Shown in pieces: positions 25,915 to 36,340 of a DNA stretch of 64,000 bases. This DNA comes from Mobula hypostoma. Lineage: Eukaryota. The notes below the pieces were generated by a model that was not told the DNA's origin, made no database searches, and worked only from the letters and a program-made list of their open reading frames with translations. The DNA lies in contig NC_086108.1 in NCBI RefSeq assembly GCF_963921235.1, positions 46,316,001-46,380,000 on the forward strand. The letters run 5' to 3'. Positions within the stretch are counted from its first letter, which is position 1. Every line of letters begins with the position of its first letter. The position numbers were made by a program, and so were the translations under genes.

Positions 25915-25950
25915 AGTCCTGACGAAGGGTCTCGGCCCGAAACGTTGACT
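25915..25950 (+). ncRNA. Minimal type I hammerhead ribozyme
   Basis: AGTC-CTGACGA-A-GGGTCTCGGCCC-GAAAC-GTT-GACT. Confidence 0.75.
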
Positions 25951-26329
25951 GTACCTCTTCCTAGAGATGCTGCCTGGCCTGCTGCGTTCACCAGCAACTT
26001 TTATATATTAATTTCTCCGGCCTGTTTTTGGGATAGGTAAAATAGGGGTGTTATACATGCTTTGTGTCTTCACCAGCACCCCTTGCTGCAATGTGTCAAT
26101 TACTGGAGCGACACCTTCTTCAGCTTCAATACAGCGCAGTGGCACTTTCTTTTTAGAGTAACTTTATACTCTGGGGCTGTTTGGGCCTTTCCCACATGAT
26201 TGCTATGTTGGGCCCATAGGTTCCCTGGAACCCGTGCTAAGGCTCTAGGGGGAAGTAGAGGGTCTTCTGGTGGTGGCTGTTGCTTTTCAAGGGTTGTTTC
26301 CCAGCTCTTGGACTTTAACTTAATTTTCC

Positions 26330-26810
26330 CTTCCTTTTCGTTAAAGACGTCTATTCGGGCTTCCTGTCCCAGTACCAGCAGTTATAGTATTAACGGCCTT
26401 CGTTTCTTTCGCCAATCATTTTACCATCGTCCCAATATCTTTATGGTTCTCTGGTGGTTTAATGGCCACTGTCAAATGAGGCATTGAGGAGTCCCCTAAT
26501 CGGAATCTTTTTTTCTGATCTTCCACTAAGTCTACCAGGATCTCTAATCCCTCGGGACCAAAATATACATACAGTGTTGCCTTCAGCTTTAAGGGTGTGC
26601 AGCCTGATCATAGTGTGGGTCAGTTTGTAAAGTGCAATAGACTGTGCAATGGAGCTGCTTCTTCCTTCGGCTGCTATTAATCGAGTATTGCAGATTTTGC
26701 GTGTAGTGGTTGGCTGGTCTTATCAATGTGTCATACAGTCTCTGAACTTGCCAAGCATAGAGATTGCTATCGAGCTGCCAACACTATAGAATGGGTTCTG
26801 AACTGTCCTT
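26330..26810 (-). pseudogene. 2H-phosphoesterase (CNPase-like) domain within ERV pol
   Basis: Manual minus-strand translation: KQLHCTVYCTLQTDPHYDQ (LHCTV 26640-26654), a frameshift, then LYVYFGPEGLEILVDLVEDQKKRFRLGDSSMPHLTVAIKPPENHKDIGTMVK (PHLTV 26467-26481). Two HxT motifs between PR and RT; outer boundaries approximate. Confidence 0.8.
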
Positions 26811-26984
26811 TTCTCACCCATTCATTAATTTTAGCATTTGAGGGACCCTATTTTGAGGAAGCTCCATGTATATACCTTCAGCTGTACAGTGCAGTGTTGC
26901 CCCTAATTTACAAAGGGTCTGCGGACCCAGCAGGGGAAGCGGGGCTGTTTTAAATATAATGAAGGTGTCTGTTAAAAGCTTACC

Positions 26985-27759
26985 CTTCATTCTCTTTTTC
27001 TCTTTTCCTGCCTTTTTTTTTCCTTTTCGGGCGCTTTTTAAAGTCATCTCTAGTGCTGCTAACACTCCCTTCAGCTCCCTCAGCTTCAGTTCCTCTTTCC
27101 TGAGACCCTTCTCTTGTTATAGTGATGTCTGCTCCCAGGGGGTGTCAGGTGCCTGAACTTCTGGCATGGGGGTTGGAAGGAGTGGGTGCGGGTCATCCCA
27201 AGGCAGTCGTTGTCGTTATTAAATCATTTATTTCACTATTGGGTGCCAATGGGGCACTGGCCGGTACGGGGAGTTGGGGATAAAGTCCCGTGGCAGGTTC
27301 CGTTTCAGCCCCAGCCTTCTCTGTTTCGGGCTGCTTAATTTCCTTTTTCTTTGGAGGTTGGTGTCTTTTAGCCACCTCCTTCCATCATTTAAAACGTCTT
27401 AACATGTAATCAGCATCCCAGTTTGGGTTGCCGTCCCCATTTCGGGTGGTATCGTCCCAGTGTTAGATTAGTCTCAAATTAAAACTTCCCCTATACGGCC
27501 AATCCCCATGTGACCACTCACTACTGAGTGTTACGGCATAAGGATCATCTCTGGTCTCTCTGATTACCATATCCGCCGGGGATCCAGGCGGGACTAAGGG
27601 GCCTCACATTTGCTGGTGGTGCCATTTTATCTTATTAATCTTTTTTGGCGGTCTTTTTCCTACCTGCAGTTGAGTGTTCAAAGCCTTCGTCTTACCTCCG
27701 GAACTCTTCGGTTTATTAGCAGGATCAGCGCTAGCCGATCAGCTGCTGGCACTTCCCAT
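26985..27759 (-). pseudogene. gag: ERV gag remnant (matrix and Pro-rich region; capsid/nucleocapsid apparently deleted)
   Basis: ATG at 27759 gives MGSASS (myristoylation-like) then a stop; class I matrix motif WPYRGSF near 27,490; GLYPQLPVPASAP; abrupt junction to protease C-terminus near 26,985. Confidence 0.75.
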
Positions 27760-27995
27760 TTTTCCTGTTTAGGATTTTAATTTCAGTTAAGACAGCACAA
27801 AGTTTCTTTATGCACACTGTGTACACAATGAGCACTCACTGGTGTGCTCCCTCTGATTTTCCACAGGTCTCTGAGTTCAGTCATGGAATTGATCGGAAGC
27901 TACCTTGGTACTCCCACGAGCACCCCCTGCCGTCCCCCTTTCAGCTAGGACGCAGGACACCTGCCCCCCCTTTCAGCTAGGAGACAGGACATCTG

Positions 27996-29855
27996 AACAC
28001 AAAATAATCTGCAGATGCTGGGGTCAAAGCAACACTGACAGTATGCTGGAGGAACTCAGCAGGCCGGGCAGCATCAGTGGAAACGATGAGTCGACGTTTC
28101 GGGTTGGAACCCTTCGTCAGGACTGAACAAAGAAGGAGGGGGAAGGATTTGAAGAATGCTTGTATGTTCAGTTGAAAAACCAGTAATTTGAAAGACAAAG
28201 GGGTGGGGGAGGGGAAGCAGGGACGTCATAGGCAGGTAAACAATGGGTAGTAGAAGGAGGCGGAACCATGAGGGAGGTGATAGGCAGCTGGGGGAGGGGC
28301 GGAGTAAAATAGGGATAGAGAAAGGGAGGGGGAGAGAATTACCGGAAGTTGGAGAATTCTATGTTCATACCAAAGGGCTGGAGACTATCTAGACGGTATA
28401 TGAGGTGTTGCTTCTCCAACCTGAGTTTAGCCTCATCCTGGCAGTAGAGGAGGCCATGTCTGGACATATCTGAATGGGAATGGGAAGCAGAGTTGAAGTG
28501 GGTGGCTACTGGGAGATCCTGTCTGTTGTGGCGGACGGTGCGGAGGTGCTTGACGAAGCGGTCCCCCAATCTGCGTCGGGTTTCACCGATGTAGAGGAGG
28601 CTGCACCGGGAGCACCGGATGCAATAGGTGACCCCAACAGACTCACAAGTGAAGTGTTGCTTCACCTGGAAGGACTGTTTGGGGCCCTGAATGGTGGCAA
28701 GAGAGGAGGTGTAGGGACTGGTGTAGCACTTACGCTTACAGGGATAAGTGCCGGGTGGGAGATCCGTGGGGTTGGATGTGCGGATAAGAGAGTCACGGAG
28801 GGACCTATCACTGCGGAAAGCGGAGAGTGGTGGAGAGGGAAAGATGTGCTTAGTGGTGGGGTCCTGCTGAAGGTGGCGGAAGTTGCGGAGGATAATGTGC
28901 TGGATCCGGAGGCTGGTGGGGTGGTAGGTAAGGACTGTCTCTGTTGTGGTTGCAGGAAGATGGGGTGAGGGCGGAAGTGCGAGAAATGGAGGAGATGCGG
29001 GTGAGGGCATCATTGATGACGGTGGAAGGAAAACCACGATCCTTAAAGAAAGAGGACATTTGAGATGTCCTGGAACAGAAAGCCTCATCCTGGGAGCAGA
29101 TGTGGCGGAGACGGAGGAACTGGGAATAGGGAATGGCATTTTTGCATGTGGCAGGGTAGGAAGAGGTATAGTTGAGGTAGTTATGAGAGTCAGTGGGCTT
29201 GTAGAAGATGTTAGTGGACAGTCTGTCTCCAGAGATGGAGACTGAGACTTCGAGAAAGGGGAGAGAAGTGTCCGAGATAGACCAAGTGAATTTGAGGGCT
29301 GGGTGGAAGTTTGAAGTAAAATCGATGAAATTAACGAGCTCAGCATGGGTGCAGGAAGCAGCACCAATGTAGTTGTCAATGTACCGAAGGAAAAGTTGGG
29401 GAGCAGTACCAGAATAGGCTTGGAGCACAGACTGTTCCACATAACCAACAAAGAGGCAGGCGTAGCTGGGTCCCATGCGAGTTCCCATAGCTACTCTTAG
29501 TCTGAAGAAAGTGGGAAGAGCCAAAAGAGAAGTTATTAAGTGTGAGAACCAGTTCCGCCAACCGGAGGAGGGTGGTGGTGGTGGGGAACTGGTGAGGTCT
29601 ATGATCCAGGAAGTAGCGGAGGGCTTTGAGACCTTCTTGATGGGGAATGGAGGTGTATAAGGATTAGATATCCAAAGTAAAAATGAAGTGGTTGGGACCT
29701 GGGAACTGGAAGTTATTGAGGAGGTGGAGGGCATGGGATGTATCCCGGATGTAGGTGAGGAGGGACTGAACTATGGGTGACAAAATAGAGTCCAGGTAGG
29801 CATATAGTTCGGTGGGACAGAAGACAGAAGCAGGCAGAAACTATGGGTCTACCAT
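27996..29855 (-). mobile_element. Penelope-like element (RT + GIY-YIG endonuclease), 5'-truncated, inserted in ERV leader
   Basis: GRPIVSAC, AMGTRMGPSYACLFVGYVE, FLRYIDN, KNAIPYSQFLRLRHICS, VTYCIRCSRCSLLYIGETRRRLGDRF. Near-TSD AGGACATCTG 27986-27995 / AGGACACCTG 29856-29865. Confidence 0.93.
28089..28124 (-). ncRNA. Minimal type I hammerhead ribozyme, second Penelope subfamily
   Basis: Minus strand reads AGTC-CTGACGA-A-GGGTTCCAACCC-GAAAC-GTC-GACT; stem II has a different sequence but still pairs. Confidence 0.8.
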
Positions 29856-30011
29856 AGGACACCTGTCTCCCACTTTCAGCTAGGAGACTAATTTTCCTTC
29901 CCAACTTGGAAGGCACCTTTCTGTCTTGCTTCTCCTTATCCGCTTAGGGTTCTTTTCCTAGAATTGCGTAAGAGCAGCTGTCTTGCTTCCGCTCAAGTGT
30001 ATCCTATAGCA

Positions 30012-30029
30012 ATCCCATCCTCATCGCCA
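30012..30029 (-). other. Primer-binding site complementary to tRNA-Ser(GCU)
   Basis: Plus strand ATCCCATCCTCATCGCCA matches the vertebrate tRNA-Ser(GCU) 3' end ATCCCATCCTCGTCGCCA at 17/18 (reference recalled, not searched); 3 nt from the 5' LTR. Confidence 0.85.
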
Positions 30030-30032
30030 TTC

Positions 30033-30461
30033 TGTTGTGGAAAAATCTCAGGAGCAGCAGACAGAACAAATCAGGCCGACTCAGAATTGTTTCAGACTAA
30101 AGGACTTTATTTACACGTTATATAACGGAGAGCCTCTTTTCCTAAAAGCGGTGTTCAGAAGCTCTGGTTAGCTTTCAGACACGCTTCATTATATAGACAC
30201 AGCGTACGTAACTAAAAGCACTTATCAATAACATTGCTTGACTGTGAACTTAGGCCTAAAATGTAAAAACAACGTGACCTTGAACGGCCTAAATTTCAAC
30301 AAAGAGCATTACGTAAATGCAGCTCCATAACATTTTTCTTTAGACATAATCAAGGACTTTCAGCTAAATTCTAAGAGCAGGAACCTTAGCTGAATTTTAA
30401 GAGCATTCACAAGCTATTAGGTTAACCCCTATATATCCAAAGAGTCTTAAATTCTTCCACA
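30033..30461 (-). repeat. ERV 5' LTR (429 bp)
   Basis: TGTTGTGG...TTCCACA on +; minus-strand TATA (CTATATAA near 30,190) and AATAAA (near 30,108). Confidence 0.95.
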
Positions 30462-31417
30462 AAAGGTAATTAAAATCAGAAGTAGTATAAATCAAGGTGG
30501 TGGTTGAAACGTGAAAGTTTACAAATAAATTCAAAATTAGCCAAAATTAGGGAAGTATTGGCAAATTGGGGGGCAATTGTCCACTCTCGGAACAATGTCA
30601 GGTCAACTCTTTTGCACATTAAGTACGCAAATAACTGCACCATGTCCAACACTGCCTCAAGATGGAAGACAAAAACTGAGCTAAAAATGTAATAATTGTT
30701 GGACAATGCCAAGCAAAAAAAGAAGAAAATTCATATTGGACAACTTACTTTGGGGAAACAAAAGAGGAAAGTACAAAAGACAGCTCCGGTGATGCAGGAC
30801 AAATGCAAACCTTGGGTTATGAGTTTGTACAGTCCCCATGAATCTCCGTGTTCCAGTTTCCTACCCCATACCAAACATATGCTAATAGATTCATCGTACA
30901 CCTTAACCAACCAGCACATCCCCTGTCCCCTAATGTGCGGGTATTTGGCCAATTAAGTGGTAAATGATGGTACGTGTGAGAAAATAGATTACATGGAATA
31001 AAGGAGGAAACAGGGATGAAGAATTGTCCTGAGAGTTGCCATAGACTGGAGGGGCCGAATGGCTTTCTTTCATGGTGTAAGAAAACATGAGTAGTTCTTT
31101 CTCTGAGGTAAAGAATATCGCACTAACAGCATTCTATCAGTTCTGTAAGATATGTATGCTCAATGAATTTATTTGCATTGCAATTTGCTTAACCACAAAC
31201 CAGAGTGAACAGACAAAGCTCAAATAATCTCAAAGTTTCTAATGTAATCTGCTCATGTGCTATTTGAGTAATTTGAACTGTTGACTCAAAACAAACCAAT
31301 GTGTTCAGGCAGTGAACTATTCACCTACGTTTATGACTGTGTGATTCTTATCAAGTCATAGTTTAAAACTACTTATCAAGTTTCAGGCTGGTAAAATGTT
31401 ATTACTGGGGCCCATTT

Positions 31418-31892
31418 GAACAACACCTTATATTCCGTCTGGGTAGCCTCCAACCTGATGGCATGAGCATTGACTTCTCAAACTTCTGCTAATGCCCCAC
31501 TTCCCCCCTCGTACCCCACCCATTATTTATTATATACACACATTCTTTTTTTTTCTCTCTCTCCTTTTTCTCGCTCTGTCCCTCTCACTATACCCCTTGC
31601 CCATCCTCTGGGTTTTCCCCTCTCCCCCTTTTCTTTCTCCCTGGGCCTCCTGTCCCATGATCCTCTCATATCCCTTTTGCCAATCACCTGTCCAGCTCTT
31701 GGCTCCATCCCTCCCCCTCCTGTCTTCTCCTATCATTTCGGATCTCCCCCTCCCCCTCCCACTTTCAAATCTCTTACTAACTCTTCCTTCAGTTAGTCCT
31801 GACGAAGGGTCTCGGCCTGAAACGTCGACTGCACCTCTTCCTAGAGATGCTGCCTGGCCTGCTGCATTCACCAGCAACTTTGATGTGTGTTG
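31418..31892 (+). mobile_element. Penelope-like 3' fragment with intact hammerhead at 31795-31830
   Basis: Near-identical to 25540-26001; AGTCCTGACGAAGGGTCTCGGCCTGAAACGTCGACT. Confidence 0.88.
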
Positions 31893-31949
31893 CCATTTTC
31901 TAATGACCAGAGAAAGAGGGATGAAGTTTGCAAACAATAGGAAAATAGA

Positions 31950-32730
31950 TGGTAGGACATAGTTTTGCTGGAGAGGGATATAGACCGAAGATGAGACTGG
32001 GCAAAAATTGGGAAAATGGAGTTTAACATGGGGAAATGTGAGGTCATACAATCAAAAAGTGGATTATCATCTGATCAGATAAACTGCAAATGGGTGCTCC
32101 AGATATTCTGGTGCATAAATCACAAGAAGTGGCCAGGCAGGTCTAATAGCATTAAGAAGGTAAATAATATGCTGGGCATTATTGCAAAGGGATTGTTTAA
32201 GAATAAGAAAATATTGAAAATATTGTAAAGGGTGTTGGTGAGGCCATGCCTAGAATGTTGTGACAGTTTTAGTCCCCTTACATGAAATAGGATAAAGTAG
32301 CATGGAGATAGATAGTCCTTCGGAGATTAGTCTGGCTAATTCCTGGGGTGAGAGGATTGTGCTGTTAGAAGTTCAGAAGAATGTGGTGTTTGACAGTGTA
32401 AATATTGAAATGCTTTCATTCGCCGGAGAGTCACACACAAGGCAACATAACAACAAGACAAGCCGCCAGTCATTTAAAAAGGATAGGCAGAAATTTCTTC
32501 TCAGAGGGTAGTGAACCTTTGGAATTTTTGGTCTATGAGGGTGGCAGAGGCAGGATCACCAGGTATATTTAGGGTGGAGCTAGAAAAAAATTAGAAAGAT
32601 TGAGGAATTAAGGATTGAAGGATTGAGGATTGTGGGGAACTGTCTCAGAAAAATAAAAGGCAGCATGGATAAGTTATGATCATATGGGTTTGAGGGCCTG
32701 ATAGTCTACTCCTTCTCCTATTTTCTTGTG
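31950..32730 (+). mobile_element. Old degenerate CR1 fragment
   Basis: MEFNMGKCEV and NMLGIIAKG; CAGAGGGTAGTGAACCTTTGGAAT corresponds to QRVVNLWN. Confidence 0.7.
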
Positions 32731-33044
32731 TTTTGTGTATCAACAAAATGTTGAAACCTCAGATGAACAAGATCTGATATGCTGCAAAAACTCAAATAAC
32801 AGGAAGATACCAGGAGGTTTAAACGAAACCACACACTATGGTTGGTCCATTTTGGATGCTTTCTTCAAAAACTTCATTATTTCCAATTTCCCTCCTTCAT
32901 TATTGTAGGATCTACTGAGGATATTGCTGCATTCAAAAGAAAATCAGAAAAAGCAATTTGATTTTCCTTTAATAAAACAGAAGTTCTGGAAACACTCTGC
33001 AAGTCAGGCAGTATATTGCATATGGAAGACACAATATTTAATGT

Positions 33045-33355
33045 TTTTTTTTAGGCATCTGTTAGTCTCGTGAGATCATGGATTTGCGCCTTGGAAGGTT
33101 TCCAGGGCACAGGCCTGGGCAAGGTTGTATGGAAGATCGGCAGTTGCCCATGCAGCAAGTCTCCCCTCTCCACACCACCAATGTTGTCCAAGGGAAGGGC
33201 ACTAGGGCCAATACAGCTTGGCACCGGTGTCGTCGCAGAGCAATGTGTGGTTAAGTGCCTTGCTCAAGGACACAACACGCTGCCTCAGCTGAGGCTTGAA
33301 CTAGCGACCTTCAGATCACTAGACCAACGCCTTAATCACTTGGCCACGCGCCAAC
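33045..33355 (-). mobile_element. CORE-SINE with tRNA head and RTE-like tail
   Basis: Minus strand: A box TGGCCAAGTGATTAAGG, B box AGTTCAAGCC, CORE TGTGTCCTTGAGCAAGGCACTTAACC, tail CCATGATCTCACGAGACTAACAGATGCCT and oligo(A). Imperfect TSD ACACAAT(AT)TAATGTTT. Confidence 0.85.
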
Positions 33356-33422
33356 ACAATTAATGTTTAATATTTTTGCTATTACCTCAACACAGTTTAC
33401 ATCAGTCTTTCTCCTTGCTGAA

Positions 33423-33642
33423 CAACATACCAAAAATACTGGAGAAACTCAGCAAGTCAGGTAGTATCCATGGAGAGGAATAAAAAGTTGACATTTCAGT
33501 CCGAGACCCTTCATCAGAACTCTCAGCCCAAAACATTGACTGTTTATTCCTTTCCATAAATTTAACCTGACCTGTTGAGTTCTTCCAGCATTCTGTGTGT
33601 GATGCTCTGGATTTCCAGCAACTGCAAAATCTCCTGTGTTTC
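33423..33642. mobile_element. Short fold-back element made of two inverted Penelope terminal segments
   Basis: Left arm CTGGAGAAACTCAGCAAGTCAGG..ATGGAGAGGAATAAA is the approximate reverse complement of right arm TTTATTCCTTTCCAT..CCTGACCTGTTGAGTTCTTCCAG; degenerate hammerhead at the centre (33486-33521). Confidence 0.7.
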
Positions 33643-36340
33643 TCTTTGTTGAGACGTTTTGCCAAGACAGAGCTTTCTCTTAATTTTCTCTTTAGTAAAG
33701 CTTGAATGATATACCAGAGGCACTGAAGACACCAAGCCCTGGTCTTATGGCGGTAAATGAATCTGTAAGTAGCTCTTCCGGTTTTACCCACTAATTCCTC
33801 ATCAAACCCCACTCTACTTTTATGTATCATTACGTGCAAGTTCAATAAGTTTAGAATCAAATTTTCGCATGTGCAGTTGTGTTTGATTTTCTGCTCATTT
33901 AAAAATAATCAGAATTTGGAGAAGGTGATGGTAACAAATCAATATGGAAATAAAGCAGAATGAAGAGATGTTTGGAGGAGATAATACTTCATCGCATCTG
34001 TAAACTGGAAACTGATAAGATATACAATTGCAATTGGGTTACACACATCTTTCTATGACTATAACTGGGCATTACCAATCTAAGGAAGTGGCATTTGTGG
34101 GTTAATGAGGTATGCCAATCTCAGTTGGGTTACAACTACTGAAACTCATTGCTTTTTGAGAAACCGTCCCCTACTTGAATGCAATGTTACTATTTTGATG
34201 CACTTTCATTTTGGCGGGTACACAGGACAAAGCAGAAGTAAACCACCAAAGTTAGATCACAATCTCAGTGCCCTGAACCATGGGCAATATTCTGTTCATT
34301 TTTCCACAGTGTCCTAACGGTAAAGATGCTTTAAGAAGGCACGTTATAAGTCTGTAATTCATATTATCTACATTTCTTTCCCAGCCTGGTTGTAGCAAGG
34401 TCCTATTGAAGTGATTTTTTGACTTGATTTGCAAAAAGAAACAGCATATGACAAAAACTGCTTTGTATAAACAAAATATGTGATATTTAGGATTAAAAAT
34501 GTACAAGTTAGGACAGAACAGTAGCCAATAGAGCTGCTGCTTTACAGCTCCAGCAACCTGGGTTCAATCTGATCTCAAATGCTTCCTCTGAGGAGTCTGC
34601 ACATTCTCCCCCTGGAGCTCCTTTCTCCCTACATCCCAAAGACATTTGGATTTTCTGGGTAAAGTGAGGAAGGTGTATTCCAAAAATGAAGAAATGTTCA
34701 AATGGCAAAATAGTACGACCATGGCTGACAAGGGAAGGCAAAGCTAATGTAAAAACAAAAGAAAGGGCATACAACAAAGCAAAAATTAGTGGGAAGATAG
34801 AGGATTGGGAAGTTTTTAAAAACCAACAGAGAGCAACTAAAAATATCATTAGAAGGGAAAGGATAAAATATGAAAGCAAGCTAGCAAATAATATCAAGGT
34901 GGATAGTAAAAGCTTTCTCAAGTCTGTAAAAAATGAAAGAAAGATGAGAGTGGACATAGAACCACGAGAAAATGCGGCAGGAGAAATAACAGGGACAAGG
35001 AGATGGCAGATGAACTAAATGGGTACTTTGCATCAGTCTTCACTGTGCAAGAATCTATTGGCTGCTGAGGGAGTTCACGGCTGTTATCATCACAGTGGTG
35101 TACATTCTGCTGCAGGCTGGTACTGATCTGGCTCTCAAGGAACTGTACGAGACCATCAACACACCGGAGACTGCACACCCAGGGGCTGCCTTCATCGTAG
35201 CCGGTGGTTTTAATCGAGCATTGCTGACGAAAGTCTCTCCGAAGTTTTGCCAGCACATCCAGGTGAGCACTCGTGGAGGTAACACACTTGACCACTGTTA
35301 CACTCCCTTCTGCAATGCTAACAAAGCTCTCCTTCACCCAGCTTTTGCAGAACCAGATCACTCTTCGATCCTACTTTTGCTGACGTACAGGCAGAAGCCG
35401 AAACAAGAGGCGGCCGTAGTTAAAACCATCCACTGTTGGTCCGACCAATCAGCCTCCATGCTGCAAGACTGCTTCAGTGACGTCAGCTGGAATGTCTCCC
35501 AGTTCACTGATGGAGTCACGTGCTTCATCCGGAAGTGTATCAATGGTGTTGTCGGTCAGGGTCTTCCCGAACCAGAAACTCCAGATCAATAGTTCCGTGC
35601 GAGCAGCACTTACCACACAACATAGAGCTTACACTGCCGGAAATCAGCAGGAACTGAAGAAAAGCAGCTATGATCTGTGTAAAGCTATCAAAGCTGTGAA
35701 ATAACAATACACGGACAAGACGGAGTCAAGATTCACAATGAATGGCAAACATGACTTATGGTGAGGGCTGCATACCATCGCAGACTTCAAAGCCAAATGG
35801 TGTGGTGCTGCCAACATTGCAGCCTGTCTCCCGAATGAGCTCAATTGTTTTTACGCTCGGTTCGATGTCGCTAACTCTGAGCCTCAAAGGAAAGCCACCG
35901 CTACAACCTGCAACCTGGTCATCTCTGAGGCTGAGGTACGCAGATGTCTCCAACGAGTGGACAGTCACAAGGCTGCGGGACCAGACGGCATCTCAGGGCG
36001 GGTACTCAGGGTGTGAGCAGCACAACTGGCAGGTGTGTTTACAGACATTTTTAATCTCTCCCTCTCCCAGTGTAGAGTACCCTCCTGCTTCAAAACATCC
36101 ACCATTATCCCTGTACCAAAAAGACCCAGGTAACATGTCTGAACGACTGGAATCCTGTTGCACTCACCTCAATAATAAGCAAATGCTTTGAGAGGCTGGT
36201 CAAGGACTATGTCTGCAGCATGCTACCGCCCAAACTGGACCCAGTACTATTCACCTACCGACATAACAGATTGATAGACAATGCAATAGCCACTGTTCTA
36301 CATACCATCCTTACACATCTGGAAAAGAAGGAAGCTTATG

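Larger units (their letters stand above)
24360..26010. mobile_element. Penelope-like element with inverted (tail-out) structure, inserted in ERV RT
   Basis: Exact 9-bp TSD ATTTCTCCG (24351-24359 / 26011-26019). Minus arm about 24360-24970, plus arm about 24972-26001 with GIY-YIG (VIYRVRCSRCGLLYIGET). Removing it restores PILPIPKTGRRNEW..VQDLR. Confidence 0.92.
21880..26985 (-). pseudogene. pol: ERV pro-pol remnant: protease C-terminus, 2H phosphoesterase, RT, RNase H, integrase
   Basis: PR end TFIIFKTAPLPLLG..LCKLGATLHC. RT VPGNLWAQ, NTPILPIPK, VQDLRAINK, FFSIPL, QYADD, SFLGTVGHC. RNase H LFTDGS, QAAELYA, VYSDSRYAFG, KCEAHT. IN IIPRFGIP..SSDMGTHFT, PQSLGMVERANG, WKGSYPVLLTTRTAVKV..WIH. Multiple stops, frameshifts and deletions. 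Confidence 0.95.
20047..30461 (-). mobile_element. Endogenous retrovirus, class I (epsilon/gamma-like), defective provirus
   Basis: Two homologous LTRs with TG...CA ends, exact 5-bp TSD AAAGG (20042-20046 / 30462-30466), PBS, PPT and gag-pro-pol-env order on the minus strand. About 6.9 kb after removing two Penelope insertions. Confidence 0.97.

Noticed and set aside
30011..30029. tRNA-Ser fragment
   Set aside because: Only the 3' 18-19 nt are present, next to the LTR, so it is the retroviral PBS.
33280..33355. tRNA gene
   Set aside because: A/B boxes run directly into a CORE domain and LINE-like tail, so it is a SINE head; same for 14055, 14751 and 34505.
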